From NCBI GenBank assembly GCA_017432075.1, contig JAFRJV010000134.1, positions 13,173 through 77,172 on the forward strand: 64,000 bases of DNA, in the 5' to 3' direction. Both the position numbers and the translations under genes were made by a program. Below the pieces are notes generated by a model. It saw only the letters and a list, made by a program, of their open reading frames with translations. It was not told the origin of the DNA and ran no database searches. This document shows positions 28,526 to 38,107 of the stretch, piece after piece. Position 1 is the stretch's first letter. Each line of letters begins with the position of its first letter. This DNA comes from Mogibacterium sp. Its GTDB lineage: Bacteria; Bacillota; Clostridia; Peptostreptococcales; Anaerovoracaceae.

Positions 28526-29383
28526 ATGTATAAGGTAGTAAGAAGAAAAGCTCTCAGACCTACAGTCACACAGCTGGAGATCGAGGCGCCGCTGGTAGCG
28601 CGCAAGGCGAAACCGGGCCAGTTCATCATCCTGCGCGTCAATGAAGAGGGCGAGAGGATCCCTCTGACAGTAGCGGGAGTGAACCCTGAAGAGGGAACAG
28701 TAAAGATCATCTTCCAGGTAGTGGGAGCAACGACAGAGCTCCTGAACCACGTACCTGAAGGCGGATATCTTCAGGACTTCGTAGGACCTCTCGGTAATGC
28801 GACAGAGACCGAAGGAATAAAGAAGGTGTGCATCGTAGGCGGAGGCGTAGGCTGCGCGATTGCGATGCCTGTAGCACAGGAGTTCCACAGGATAGGCGCG
28901 AATGTAACGAGTATCATCGGATTCAGAAGTGAAGATCTCGTTATCCTCGAGGAAGAATTCACCGAGTGCTCAGACACTCTGTATGTGATGACAGATGACG
29001 GCAGCTACGGCAGACACGGCAACGTAACAGTCCCTCTGGATGAGATGCTGGCGGCAGGCGAGAAGTTCGACATGATCATCACGATCGGACCGCTGATCAT
29101 GATGAAGTTCGTGACGCTGACAGCTAAGAAATACGACGCGCCGATCACGGTCTCGATGAGCCCGATCATGATCGACGGAACAGGCATGTGCGGCGGCTGC
29201 AGACTGACAGTCCACACAGAAGAGGGCGACAAGATGAAGTTCGCATGCGTTGACGGCCCTGACTTCAACGGATATGAGGTGGACTTCGACGAGGCGATCT
29301 CGAGAGGCCGCATGTATTTCGACTATGAGAGACATGCACACGAAGAAACATGCAACCTGTTCAAACAGGCAGAGAACGCGTAG
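28526..29383 (+). CDS. NfnA-like / sulfide dehydrogenase beta-like FAD/NAD(P)- and [2Fe-2S]-binding subunit
   Basis: Start at MYKVVRRKAL with an AGGAGGAG RBS. FNR-like body and a C-terminal GTGMCGGCR cluster motif. Confidence 0.75.
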   Translation: MYKVVRRKALRPTVTQLEIEAPLVARKAKPGQFIILRVNEEGERIPLTVAGVNPEEGTVKIIFQVVGATTELLNHVPEGGYLQDFVGPLGNATETEGIKKVCIVGGGVGCAIAMPVAQEFHRIGANVTSIIGFRSEDLVILEEEFTECSDTLYVMTDDGSYGRHGNVTVPLDEMLAAGEKFDMIITIGPLIMMKFVTLTAKKYDAPITVSMSPIMIDGTGMCGGCRLTVHTEEGDKMKFACVDGPDFNGYEVDFDEAISRGRMYFDYERHAHEETCNLFKQAENA

Positions 29384-29399
29384 GAAAGGGGGAAGAAAA

Positions 29400-30812
29400 A
29401 TGGCACTTGATCCTAAGAAACATGAAATGCCGTCACAGGACCCTCAGGTCCGCGCGCATAATTTCAGCGAGGTAGCACTCGGATATACAGAAGAGATAGC
29501 GATCGCAGAGGCGCAGAGATGCCTCAACTGCAAGAACAAGCCATGTGTAGAAGGCTGCCCGGTAAACGTCAACATCCCTGACTTCATCATGAAGGCAAAG
29601 GAAGGCGACTGGGAAGGCGCATACCAGATCATCAACGCGACATCTACGCTTCCTGCAGTTTGCGGAAGAGTATGCCCGCAGGAGACGCAGTGCGAAGCGA
29701 AGTGCACGATGGGCATCAAGTTCGAGCCTGTAGGCATCGGACGACTCGAGAGATTCGCGGCAGACTGGCACAATGCCAATGCAACTGAGAAGGCTGTCGC
29801 ACCTGAATCGAACGGCCACAAGGTAGCCATCGTAGGCTCGGGCCCTGCGGGACTGACCTGCGCGGGCGACCTGGCAAAGAAGGGCTACAAGGTAACAGTA
29901 TACGAGGCACTCCACACGGCAGGCGGAGTACTGGTATACGGCATCCCTGAGTTCAGACTTCCAAAGGCCATCGTGGCAAGAGAAGTAGAAGGCCTGAAAG
30001 ACCTCGACGTAGACATCGAGACGAACGTCATCATCGGAAAGACACTTACAGTAGACGAGCTCTTCGACGAGATGGGATTCGAGGCAGTGTTCATCGGCTC
30101 CGGAGCAGGACTTCCGATGTTCATGAACATCCCGGGCGAATCGCTTAAGGGCGTGTTCTCGGCTAACGAATACCTGACAAGATCGAACCTGATGAAGGCA
30201 TATCTGGATGACCCTAAGACGCCTATAATGAAGGGCGGCAAGGTAGCTGTAGTCGGCGGCGGAAACGTAGCCATGGACGCAGCAAGAACAGCCCTGAGAC
30301 TCGGAGCGGATCACGTATACATCGTATACAGAAGATCGATGGAAGAGCTCCCTGCAAGGAAAGAGGAAGTCGAGCATGCTATCGAGGAAGGTATCGACTT
30401 CAGGCTGCTGAACAATCCTGTTGAGATCCTCGGATACAATGATCCTGATGATCCACGCGATCCTAAGAACGGATTCGTAAAGGGCATCAGATGCATCAAG
30501 ATGGAGCTCGGAGAGCCTGACGCATCCGGCAGAAGGAGACCTATCCCTGTAGAGGGCAGCGAATTCGAACTTGATGTTGACGCAGTCATCATGGCACTCG
30601 GAACCAGGCCGAACCCGCTGATCAAGAACACGACCAAGGGTCTCGAGGTCAACCGCAAGGGCGGCTTCGTGGTCGATGAAGACGGACTGACCAGCCGTGA
30701 GGCAGTATATGCCGGCGGCGACGCAGTCACAGGAGCTGCTACAGTCATATCTGCTATGGGCGCAGGCAAGCTCGCTGCGGCTTCCATAGACAAATACCTG
30801 AGCAGCAAGTAA
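29400..30812 (+). CDS. NfnB-like / glutamate synthase small-chain-like (GltD family) Fe-S flavoprotein
   Basis: Start at MALDPKKH. CLNCKNKPC...GCPV ferredoxin-like motifs, plus VAIVGSGPAGLTCA and VAVVGGGNVAMDAA dinucleotide folds. Confidence 0.85.
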   Translation: MALDPKKHEMPSQDPQVRAHNFSEVALGYTEEIAIAEAQRCLNCKNKPCVEGCPVNVNIPDFIMKAKEGDWEGAYQIINATSTLPAVCGRVCPQETQCEAKCTMGIKFEPVGIGRLERFAADWHNANATEKAVAPESNGHKVAIVGSGPAGLTCAGDLAKKGYKVTVYEALHTAGGVLVYGIPEFRLPKAIVAREVEGLKDLDVDIETNVIIGKTLTVDELFDEMGFEAVFIGSGAGLPMFMNIPGESLKGVFSANEYLTRSNLMKAYLDDPKTPIMKGGKVAVVGGGNVAMDAARTALRLGADHVYIVYRRSMEELPARKEEVEHAIEEGIDFRLLNNPVEILGYNDPDDPRDPKNGFVKGIRCIKMELGEPDASGRRRPIPVEGSEFELDVDAVIMALGTRPNPLIKNTTKGLEVNRKGGFVVDEDGLTSREAVYAGGDAVTGAATVISAMGAGKLAAASIDKYLSSK

Positions 30813-30966
30813 ATGGAAACAGGACAGGGCGATACAGGTGTATCCGGAGCGGATATATAGTCTGTATCCCTGCAAAAAGAGGAGTTCTTTAGAAAAAGGT
30901 ACAAATTTAAGGCTCTTTCTCCGTATATGTATCTTTTGATAGAAATACGTCCCGGAAAAACAAATA

Positions 30967-31013
30967 CTGCTTGACGATAACCCCCGGAATTGTGGTTATT
31001 GTCAAGCAGTTTT
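30967..31013. terminator. Bidirectional terminator between the nfnB-like gene and coaBC
   Basis: 15-bp stem CTGCTTGACGATAAC / GTTATTGTCAAGCAG, with T-runs on both flanks. Confidence 0.65.
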
Positions 31014-31038
31014 CTTCATTTAAGTGCCGCTATCATCA

Positions 31039-32235
31039 TTATCTGCGGGCCATGATCTCGTCCAGTATCGCATCGGCAGCTTCCAGTTTGCTCATCAGAG
31101 GAAGCTGTTTCATGCCATCTTTAGTCAGAATGGTGATGACATTGGTGTCGCCCTGGAAACCTGCACCCTTTGTCTTCAGACTGTTGGCGCAGATCATGTT
31201 GACGTTCTTCTTGACCAGCTTTGCAGCTGCATTCTCGAGGAGATTCTGCGTTTCCATGGCGAATCCGCAGAGGAACTGTCCTTCTTTGCGGTTTGTACCG
31301 AGATATCCGAGGATGTCCTGTGTCGGCTCGAGCTCTACGCTGCGTCCGGCCGCGGCATCACTCTTCTTTATCTTTTCGGTCGCGATCTCTGCAGGCCTGT
31401 AATCGGCAACCGCCGCGGCCTTTATGATTATATCCATCTCAGGCGCGCGCGATGTGACCGCATCGAACATATCCTGTGCGCTCAGCACATCGACTGTCTC
31501 AACGAAGCGTTCCTTAGGAAGGGCAGTCCTGCCGGATACAAGAGTCACTTCGGCACCGCGTCTTGCAGCCATATGGGCGATCGCATATCCCATTTTGCCG
31601 CTGGAGTGGTTGGTTATATAGCGTACCGGGTCGATAGCTTCCTGGGTAGGACCGGCGGTAACCAGCACCTTGAGGCCAGCCATGTCCTTTTCCTTGGAGA
31701 CCCATTGCTCAACGTAGTCGATCAGCACGTCAGGTTCAGGCATCTTGCCCTTGCCCTCAACGCCGCACGCCAGCATTCCCTCCGCAGGCTCGATGATCGT
31801 AAAGCCTCTTTCACGAAGTGTCTCGAGGTTGGCCTGGGTAGCCGGATTCTCAAACATCGCCGTGTTCATTGCAGGCGAGATGAGTACCGGGCAGGTGCAA
31901 GCGAGCATGGTAGTCGTCAGCATGTTGTCTGCAATGCCGCGTGCGAGCTTGGCTATGGTGTTGCCGGTCGCAGGAGCGATGAGCACCAGATCTGCCGACT
32001 GTCCGAGCGTGATGTGCTCGGTAGGGGTCTCGTTGGCAGGATCGAAAATATCTGTAACGACCTTGTTGCCGCTCATGGTCTCAAATGTGAGAGGCGTTAC
32101 GAACTTTGCAGCGCCGTCGGTCATTATGACGTGCACGTCATAGCCCTTCTTCTTCAGTCCGCTTGCGATATATACGGATTTGTAGGCGGAGATGCCGCCC
32201 GAGATACCGAGGATTATTTTCTTTTTTTCATTCAT
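31039..32235 (-). CDS. coaBC: Bifunctional phosphopantothenoylcysteine decarboxylase / phosphopantothenate-cysteine ligase
   Basis: Start at MNEKKKIILGISGGISAYK (flavoprotein domain). A CoaB domain, NHSSGKMG, follows. Confidence 0.9.
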   Translation of the reverse strand: MNEKKKIILGISGGISAYKSVYIASGLKKKGYDVHVIMTDGAAKFVTPLTFETMSGNKVVTDIFDPANETPTEHITLGQSADLVLIAPATGNTIAKLARGIADNMLTTTMLACTCPVLISPAMNTAMFENPATQANLETLRERGFTIIEPAEGMLACGVEGKGKMPEPDVLIDYVEQWVSKEKDMAGLKVLVTAGPTQEAIDPVRYITNHSSGKMGYAIAHMAARRGAEVTLVSGRTALPKERFVETVDVLSAQDMFDAVTSRAPEMDIIIKAAAVADYRPAEIATEKIKKSDAAAGRSVELEPTQDILGYLGTNRKEGQFLCGFAMETQNLLENAAAKLVKKNVNMICANSLKTKGAGFQGDTNVITILTKDGMKQLPLMSKLEAADAILDEIMARR

Positions 32236-32418
32236 GATTCTTGCCGGCCTTTCAATCAACGGGTCCGATTTGCACAAAAAGTATACTTCACATAGCCACG
32301 AAATGGCAAGGATATGGTACAATTGCATGTGTAAAGGGGCGGGCAGTCAATTGTGCTGCCGCGATCCCCGGAATCAAACCCTATTGCTCAATATGAAGAA
32401 ATAATACGGAGACAAGAC

Positions 32419-33429
32419 ATGTTTGACAAACTGATCGAAAAAGTAAAAGCTGAGCCAAAGAAAATCGTTTTCACAGAAGGTTCCGATGCCCGCATCCAGG
32501 AGGCAGCAGCAAGACTTCTTGCTGAGGATCTCATGGGCGTTGTGCTCGTAGGCAATGAAGAGGAAGTCAAGGCTGCAGCAGCAGAGAAGGGCTTCGACAT
32601 CAGCAAGGCTGAGATCATCGATCCTGAGAAGTACGATGGAATGGCTGAGATGGTCGAGACCATGGTAGCTCTCAGAAAGGGCAAAATGAGTGAGGAAGAA
32701 TGCGCTGCCGCTCTTAAGAAGGGCAACTACTTCGGCACCATGCTCGTAAAGATGGGCAAGGCTGACTGCCTGCTCGGCGGAGCTACATACTCCACAGCTG
32801 ACACCATCCGTCCGGCACTTCAGCTCGTTAAGACAAAACCGGGCGCTCACCTCGTAAGCTCCTGCTTCATCCTCACAAGAGACTGCGGAGACGAGAACCT
32901 CAGAACCATCGCTATGGGCGACTGCGCTGTAAACCTCTCCTATGAGGACAGCAAGGACAAGGAAGGAAACGTTACATTCACCGGCGCTCAGAAGCTCGCT
33001 GAGGTCGCAGTTGAGATCGAGAAGTGCGCAAGGACTTTCGGTATCGATCCTAAGGTCGCTATGCTCAGCTTCTCCACAAAGGGATCCGGCAAGGGCAACA
33101 CAGTTGCTCTCTCGGCAGAGGCTACAAAGATCGCCAAGGAGCTCAACCCTGACATGGCTATCGACGGTGAGATGCAGTTCGACGCTGCTGTATCGCCTAC
33201 AGTCGGCCAGCTGAAGTTCCCTGGATCACCGGTAGCAGGATATGCGAACACATTCGTATTCCCTATCATCGAGGCAGGCAACATCGGCTACAAGATCGCT
33301 CAGAGACTCGGCGGCTATGCTGCTTACGGACCTATCCTGCTCGGACTCAATGCGCCTATCAACGACCTCTCCAGAGGCTGCGACGCAGAAGAAGTCTACA
33401 AGATGTCGATTATTACCGCTGCACTTTAA
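32419..33429 (+). CDS. pta: Phosphate acetyltransferase
   Basis: Start at MFDKLIEKVKAEPKKIVFTEG. It ends in a canonical short Pta C-terminus, GPILLGLNAPINDLSRGC. Confidence 0.9.
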   Translation: MFDKLIEKVKAEPKKIVFTEGSDARIQEAAARLLAEDLMGVVLVGNEEEVKAAAAEKGFDISKAEIIDPEKYDGMAEMVETMVALRKGKMSEEECAAALKKGNYFGTMLVKMGKADCLLGGATYSTADTIRPALQLVKTKPGAHLVSSCFILTRDCGDENLRTIAMGDCAVNLSYEDSKDKEGNVTFTGAQKLAEVAVEIEKCARTFGIDPKVAMLSFSTKGSGKGNTVALSAEATKIAKELNPDMAIDGEMQFDAAVSPTVGQLKFPGSPVAGYANTFVFPIIEAGNIGYKIAQRLGGYAAYGPILLGLNAPINDLSRGCDAEEVYKMSIITAAL

Positions 33430-33440
33430 GAAATTGAAAA

Positions 33441-33471
33441 ACAGGCCGACGCACAGCTTCGGTCTGTTTTT
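33441..33471 (+). terminator. Rho-independent terminator after pta
   Basis: ACAGGCCGA / TTCGGTCTGT stem followed by TTTTT. Confidence 0.6.
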
Positions 33472-33489
33472 ATTGCCTGATTTTCGGAT

Positions 33490-34608
33490 ATGAAGAAGAT
33501 TTTTCACATAAGCATTGTTTTTATAATGCTGATAACGCTTTGTGCCGCTCCGGTGCAGTCGTTTGCGCTGCCGGTGTGTCACTACGAACATAATACTTAT
33601 ACCGGAGAAGACATTTACGAACCTGGATCACTCGAGGCATCGTATGTTGACTATGTCCAGGGAGTCTGGAAGGATGATACCAGGCTGAAGGGCAGAGGAG
33701 GCCTTTGCGGTCGCTGGAGCAACATGGTGCGTGCTGTCTTTTCATCCTCTTCAAAGGAGGTAAACTACAAAGGACTGCGCTTCAACAGGAAGAATTTCCT
33801 GTCTGTCTGCAAAGGCTGTGCACCGGGTACGAAGCTCGTGCTCGGACAGGCAACGTACGAGAACGGATCGCTGTCGCACGCGATAGTGCTGTTCAAGGTA
33901 ACTTCAGAAGAGGTGTGGTGGGCTGACTGCAACTGGAACCATGACAACGTTATACATTACCGCCATGGTACGGTAAGGGACTTCATCAATTTTTATCATT
34001 ACAAAAGTTCCAAATACAGTTATCTGCACTTTATAGTGAGGATAAATAAGTACCGCCATTACAGCAAGCCGAAGACAGCAAGCGCTGACACTGTCAGGGA
34101 CGGAACTGCCAGGATCGTATGGACCCGCACTTCCGGTGCAAAGACCTATTATGTATACAGGTCTCCGTCAAAGAACGGGAACTTTTCACGAATAGCAGAA
34201 ACGGAAGCATGTTCATACAGAGATGACACTGCAGAAGCCGGCAAAACATACTACTATAAAGTTGCTGCAGTTGATAAGGACGGCAATAAGACCTGGGGCG
34301 ACAAGGAAGTGAGTACAAAAACAAGGCTCGACCGTCCGCACACTTCGCTTAAATACACGAAGGGCAAGAAGGGAAAGCTCGTATGGAACGCTGTGCCGGG
34401 TGCGGACCGTTATGCCGTTTACAGGAAAGCCGATGGCGGAAAATGGAAAAAAGTAAAGACGACAAGGAACACTTACTATTCGAACCGCCTGATCAAACGC
34501 GGTAAGCGGTATTGGTATAAGGTAAAGGCTTTAGGACCGAACGGAAAGAGTTCCGCTTCTATGTACAGCCCGTGGATAACTACGATGCGGTACGCATGGG
34601 TGCCATAA
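33490..34608 (+). CDS. Secreted protein: N-terminal putative Cys-His papain-fold domain plus two FN3-like repeats
   Basis: Signal peptide present. GRGGLCGRWSN...SHAIVLFKV...WWADCNWNHDN. Two repeats of the type (A/K)(R/L)(I/V)VW...GA..Y.VYR...GG..(F/W)...YYYKV. Confidence 0.55.
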   Translation: MKKIFHISIVFIMLITLCAAPVQSFALPVCHYEHNTYTGEDIYEPGSLEASYVDYVQGVWKDDTRLKGRGGLCGRWSNMVRAVFSSSSKEVNYKGLRFNRKNFLSVCKGCAPGTKLVLGQATYENGSLSHAIVLFKVTSEEVWWADCNWNHDNVIHYRHGTVRDFINFYHYKSSKYSYLHFIVRINKYRHYSKPKTASADTVRDGTARIVWTRTSGAKTYYVYRSPSKNGNFSRIAETEACSYRDDTAEAGKTYYYKVAAVDKDGNKTWGDKEVSTKTRLDRPHTSLKYTKGKKGKLVWNAVPGADRYAVYRKADGGKWKKVKTTRNTYYSNRLIKRGKRYWYKVKALGPNGKSSASMYSPWITTMRYAWVP

Positions 34609-34620
34609 AGAACAAATAAA

Positions 34621-34653
34621 AAATCCGGAGCTCCGGGCTCCGGATTTCTTTTT
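34621..34653. terminator. Bidirectional terminator
   Basis: AAATCCGGAGC-tccgg-GCTCCGGATTT followed by a T-run, between convergent genes. Confidence 0.7.
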
Positions 34654-34657
34654 CATA

Positions 34658-36499
34658 TTATGCGCGCTTATTATCCTCAACAAAGCGTCTTATCTTGTTT
34701 GTCGTGGTCTTGTCGAAATCACGGTCACGCACTATCACGTGTGCGATCCTCTTGAATCTCGGAAGGTCGCTGTTTATCTTGTCGACCTCTGCATCAATTA
34801 GAGCTTCTGCCTGCTCCGGCGTATAGTCCGGTCCGAGCTTTCTCTCAAGAACTTCCTTGTCGAGTCTGATAGTGGCACAGATACCGTTCCACGGTGAGTT
34901 AGGATCGCGGTCACCGCCCCAGACCATGGATTCCGCTACTACCGGCAGTGCCTGCAGGTATCCTTCGAGCTCCTCAGGGAAAACGTTCTTGCCGTTGTTT
35001 GCGATGATGACGTTCTTCTTACGGCCTGTGATGAACACATAGTTGTCGCGGTCGAGATAACCGATGTCGCCGGTATGGAACCAGCCCTCTTCATCGAGCA
35101 CGGCTGCTGTGTTCTCAGGATCCTTGTAATATCCCATCATTACCTGAGGTCCGCGGAAGCAGATCTCGCCGATACCGTTGCTGTCTGCGTCGAGGATCTT
35201 GCACTCGGTGAACGGCATGATGTGACCGGCTGAAGCGTTCTTCATGTACTTACGCTTTGCAGGATTCAGCGCGACGATAGGAGCGCACTCCGAGAGACCG
35301 TATCCCTGGATGGCGTTGAAACCTATGTTGCAGAAAGAGTCAAGGATGGCTCCGTCGATCGGGGCTCCCCCCGAGATGATGGTATGCATCCTGCCTCCGA
35401 ATACCGCCTCGATATCCTTTGTGACCTTCTTAGGCAGCTTCACCTTGAAGCGGCTGGCTTCGCGATCCATGAGTTCGAACACCTTCATCTGCTTGTCACT
35501 CAGCTTGTCTGCGACCGAGCGTCTGATCTTGTTGTGGAAGTTCTCGATGATGGCAGGAACGGCGAGCATGATAGTCGGTCTCACCTCGAGTATGTCCTTG
35601 CGGATGTATTTGAGCCCGCGGCTGAAAGCGACAGTAGCTCCGCTGTATACGCAGCTGAGGAAGGTCGCTGTGCATTCGTAGCAATGATGCATCGGCAGCA
35701 CCGAGAAGCAGATGTCCTTCGGACGTGCTTCAAACATTGACTGCACGAGCATGGTGTCGAGCATCAGGTTACGGTGCGAAAGCATTACGCCCTTGGCTAC
35801 ACCTGTGGTACCAGATGTGAAGATGATGGCGGCGAGATCGGTGTTGACTACCTGCGCGTCGATGTAGCGGCGGTCTCCGTTCCAGACCTTGTGACGGCCT
35901 TCCTCGCGGAGCTTCTTCCACGAAATGAGGCCGGCTTCGGCATCTTCGTCCTCGTCCATGTCTGCGTTGATGACATAGCGGAGGTTTGTCTCACCGCTTG
36001 CCTTTATGCGCTTGAAGATCTCATAGTACTTGTTGTTGATCGTGATGACTGCCTCGAGCTCGCCTTTTACTGTGAGCTGGGTAAGCTCGCTCTCATTCAG
36101 CTCTCTGTCGAGAGGAACCACGACTCCTACTCCGCCTACGATCGCAAGGTAGGATTCACCCCACTCGGAAGAGTTGCGGCCGATGAGACCGATGTGTCTG
36201 TCTTCGAGTCCGAGATCGAGAAGTCCGGTGCCGATCGCGTTCACGTCTTCACGCGCCTGGCGGAAGCTGATCTCTCTGAACGGCTGATTCGGTTTGTACT
36301 TCTGCATGAAGAGCGGAAGATCAGGATGTTCGTCCGCGCTGTAGTTGAGCATGTCCTTGAGGTCGGTAACGACATGCTTGTCCTTGAAGAGGTAGCGCTT
36401 GTCCTTGGACTTCTTCAGCTCGCTGAGCATCTGTTCGATGACCTCGCGTTCACGCCTCTTGATGTTTCTGTATTCTGCGTCTGTGTATTTTCTGCTCAT
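34658..36499 (-). CDS. Long-chain acyl-CoA synthetase (AMP-forming, ANL superfamily)
   Basis: 613 aa with IIFTSGTTGVAKGVMLSHRN (AMP-binding motif), GYGLSE and TGDIG motifs. Confidence 0.85.
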   Translation of the reverse strand: MSRKYTDAEYRNIKRREREVIEQMLSELKKSKDKRYLFKDKHVVTDLKDMLNYSADEHPDLPLFMQKYKPNQPFREISFRQAREDVNAIGTGLLDLGLEDRHIGLIGRNSSEWGESYLAIVGGVGVVVPLDRELNESELTQLTVKGELEAVITINNKYYEIFKRIKASGETNLRYVINADMDEDEDAEAGLISWKKLREEGRHKVWNGDRRYIDAQVVNTDLAAIIFTSGTTGVAKGVMLSHRNLMLDTMLVQSMFEARPKDICFSVLPMHHCYECTATFLSCVYSGATVAFSRGLKYIRKDILEVRPTIMLAVPAIIENFHNKIRRSVADKLSDKQMKVFELMDREASRFKVKLPKKVTKDIEAVFGGRMHTIISGGAPIDGAILDSFCNIGFNAIQGYGLSECAPIVALNPAKRKYMKNASAGHIMPFTECKILDADSNGIGEICFRGPQVMMGYYKDPENTAAVLDEEGWFHTGDIGYLDRDNYVFITGRKKNVIIANNGKNVFPEELEGYLQALPVVAESMVWGGDRDPNSPWNGICATIRLDKEVLERKLGPDYTPEQAEALIDAEVDKINSDLPRFKRIAHVIVRDRDFDKTTTNKIRRFVEDNKRA

Positions 36500-36723
36500 A
36501 TAATTGTCCCAATTCGCTTTATGCTTGCGATAACGGTTTTGTTTCTATATAATTCGTTGAATATATTTCGTGCAATAATTAATACTTAGTCATATAATGT
36601 AGTTTACGAAATCACATTATATCATATAATCGTTTTGCGGGGCATATAATACACGTTCCCGGAGAACTTTTAAAGATAAAGTTAAAAAAATCACGCTTTT
36701 TATAAGGAGATAGACATATAGAA

Positions 36724-37401
36724 ATGGAAGAAGTAAGAATTATCGATCTAAAGGAAAGCATCCTGGCCGATAACGACGCGGATGCAGATAAGCTGCGCGA
36801 GGAACTGGCAGCGGAAAAGACTGTTTACATCAATGTTATGAGCTCACCGGGATCCGGAAAGACATCCACCATCTTAAGACTGGTGGAGCAGCTCAGGCTG
36901 CTCTGCAAGGTGGGAGTGCTTGAGGCAGATATCGACGGTGATGTGGACACAAAGACGATGCTTGAAGCAGGTATCCCTTCGGTGCAGCTGCACACAGGCG
37001 GAATGTGTCACCTTGATGCAGACATGAGCCGTCAGGCTCTCCGCGAGATCAACTCAAAGGATCTCGACGTTGTCATTCTTGAGAATGTAGGCAATCTGGT
37101 ATGTCCTGCAGAGTTCGACACAGGAGCACAGATCAATCTCGTGATCCTGTCTGTACCTGAAGGCGACGACAAGCCGCTCAAGTATCCTCTGATGTTCACA
37201 AAGGCGGACGTCGTAGTCGTCAACAAGATCGACGCGATGGAAGCATTCGATTTCAGCCCTGAGAAATTCAAGCAGAATGTTGCTGCGTGCTCACCGGATG
37301 CTCCGGTATTCATGGTGTCGGCAGCTACAGGCGAGGGCATAATAGCACTTTCCGAGTGGGTCGGAGAGCGCGCTAAAGAGATCCTGGAATTCGTAGATTA
37401 A
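36724..37401 (+). CDS. hypB: HypB-like metallochaperone GTPase, paralog 1 (CH...C metal motif)
   Basis: 225 aa with P-loop SSPGSGKTS, GGMCHLDA, ENVGNLVCPAEFD and VVNKIDA. Confidence 0.8.
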   Translation: MEEVRIIDLKESILADNDADADKLREELAAEKTVYINVMSSPGSGKTSTILRLVEQLRLLCKVGVLEADIDGDVDTKTMLEAGIPSVQLHTGGMCHLDADMSRQALREINSKDLDVVILENVGNLVCPAEFDTGAQINLVILSVPEGDDKPLKYPLMFTKADVVVVNKIDAMEAFDFSPEKFKQNVAACSPDAPVFMVSAATGEGIIALSEWVGERAKEILEFVD

Positions 37402-37414
37402 TGAGGAAACAGAT

Positions 37415-38092
37415 ATGTCAGAAAACAATGTAAGAGTAATAGATGTAAATGTAGGTATTTTCGAGGAAAATGACCGCATCGCTGCTGACGTAAGAGCGCA
37501 GAACAAGGCGAACGGCACATTCCTTGTGAACGTGATGGCTTCACCTGGAGCAGGTAAAACAACAACGCTCCTGCGCACAATAGAAGAGATCGGCAGTGAG
37601 TACGCGATCGGAGTCATGGAAGCCGACATCGAGGCTACCGTTGATGCCGATAAGATGGCGGAAGCCGGCGTACGCTCGATGCAGATCCACACAGGCGGTG
37701 AGTGCTGCATGGACGCTGCCATGACACAGGCTGCGATCAACGAATTCGATACCAAGGATCTCGATGTTGTGTTCCTTGAGAACGTTGGCAACCTTGTCTG
37801 CACTGCAGAGCAGGATACCGGTGCAAACATCAATATCGAGATACTGTCAATACCTGAAGGTGATGACAAGCCGCTGAAGTACCCTCTCATGTTCACAGTT
37901 ACGCAGGCCGTTCTTGTAAACAAGACAGACACACGCAAGTTCTTCGCGTTCGATGACGAAGCGTTCGTAGAGAGAGTACACGCGCTGAATCCGCTGTCAG
38001 AAGTATTCTTCGTATCGGCAAAGACCGGCGAAGGCTTCGACGCATGGATCAGCTGGCTGAAGAGACAGATCGAACTGGCTAAAGCATTTTAA
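37415..38092 (+). CDS. hypB: HypB-like metallochaperone GTPase, paralog 2 (CC...C variant motif)
   Basis: 225 aa with P-loop ASPGAGKTT, GGECCMDA, ENVGNLVCTAEQD and LVNKTDT. About 40-50% identical to paralog 1 by eye. Confidence 0.8.
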   Translation: MSENNVRVIDVNVGIFEENDRIAADVRAQNKANGTFLVNVMASPGAGKTTTLLRTIEEIGSEYAIGVMEADIEATVDADKMAEAGVRSMQIHTGGECCMDAAMTQAAINEFDTKDLDVVFLENVGNLVCTAEQDTGANINIEILSIPEGDDKPLKYPLMFTVTQAVLVNKTDTRKFFAFDDEAFVERVHALNPLSEVFFVSAKTGEGFDAWISWLKRQIELAKAF

Positions 38093-38107
38093 AAAGGGGT
38101 TACAATT

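Noticed and set aside
29433-30875. A 480-aa ORF antisense to the nfnB-like gene
   Set aside because: It lies entirely within a well-supported gene on the other strand, has low-complexity Arg/Cys/Leu-rich composition and shows no RBS or family features. It is a typical shadow ORF.
31024-32295. A 423-aa ORF antisense to coaBC
   Set aside because: It is a shadow ORF of a canonical coaBC, with no recognisable motifs.
36724-38092. The hypB pair as evidence for a [NiFe]-hydrogenase maturation locus
   Set aside because: No hypA/C/D/E/F, hydrogenase structural genes or endopeptidase occur in the 64 kb. The family assignment stands, but the hydrogenase context is not supported here.
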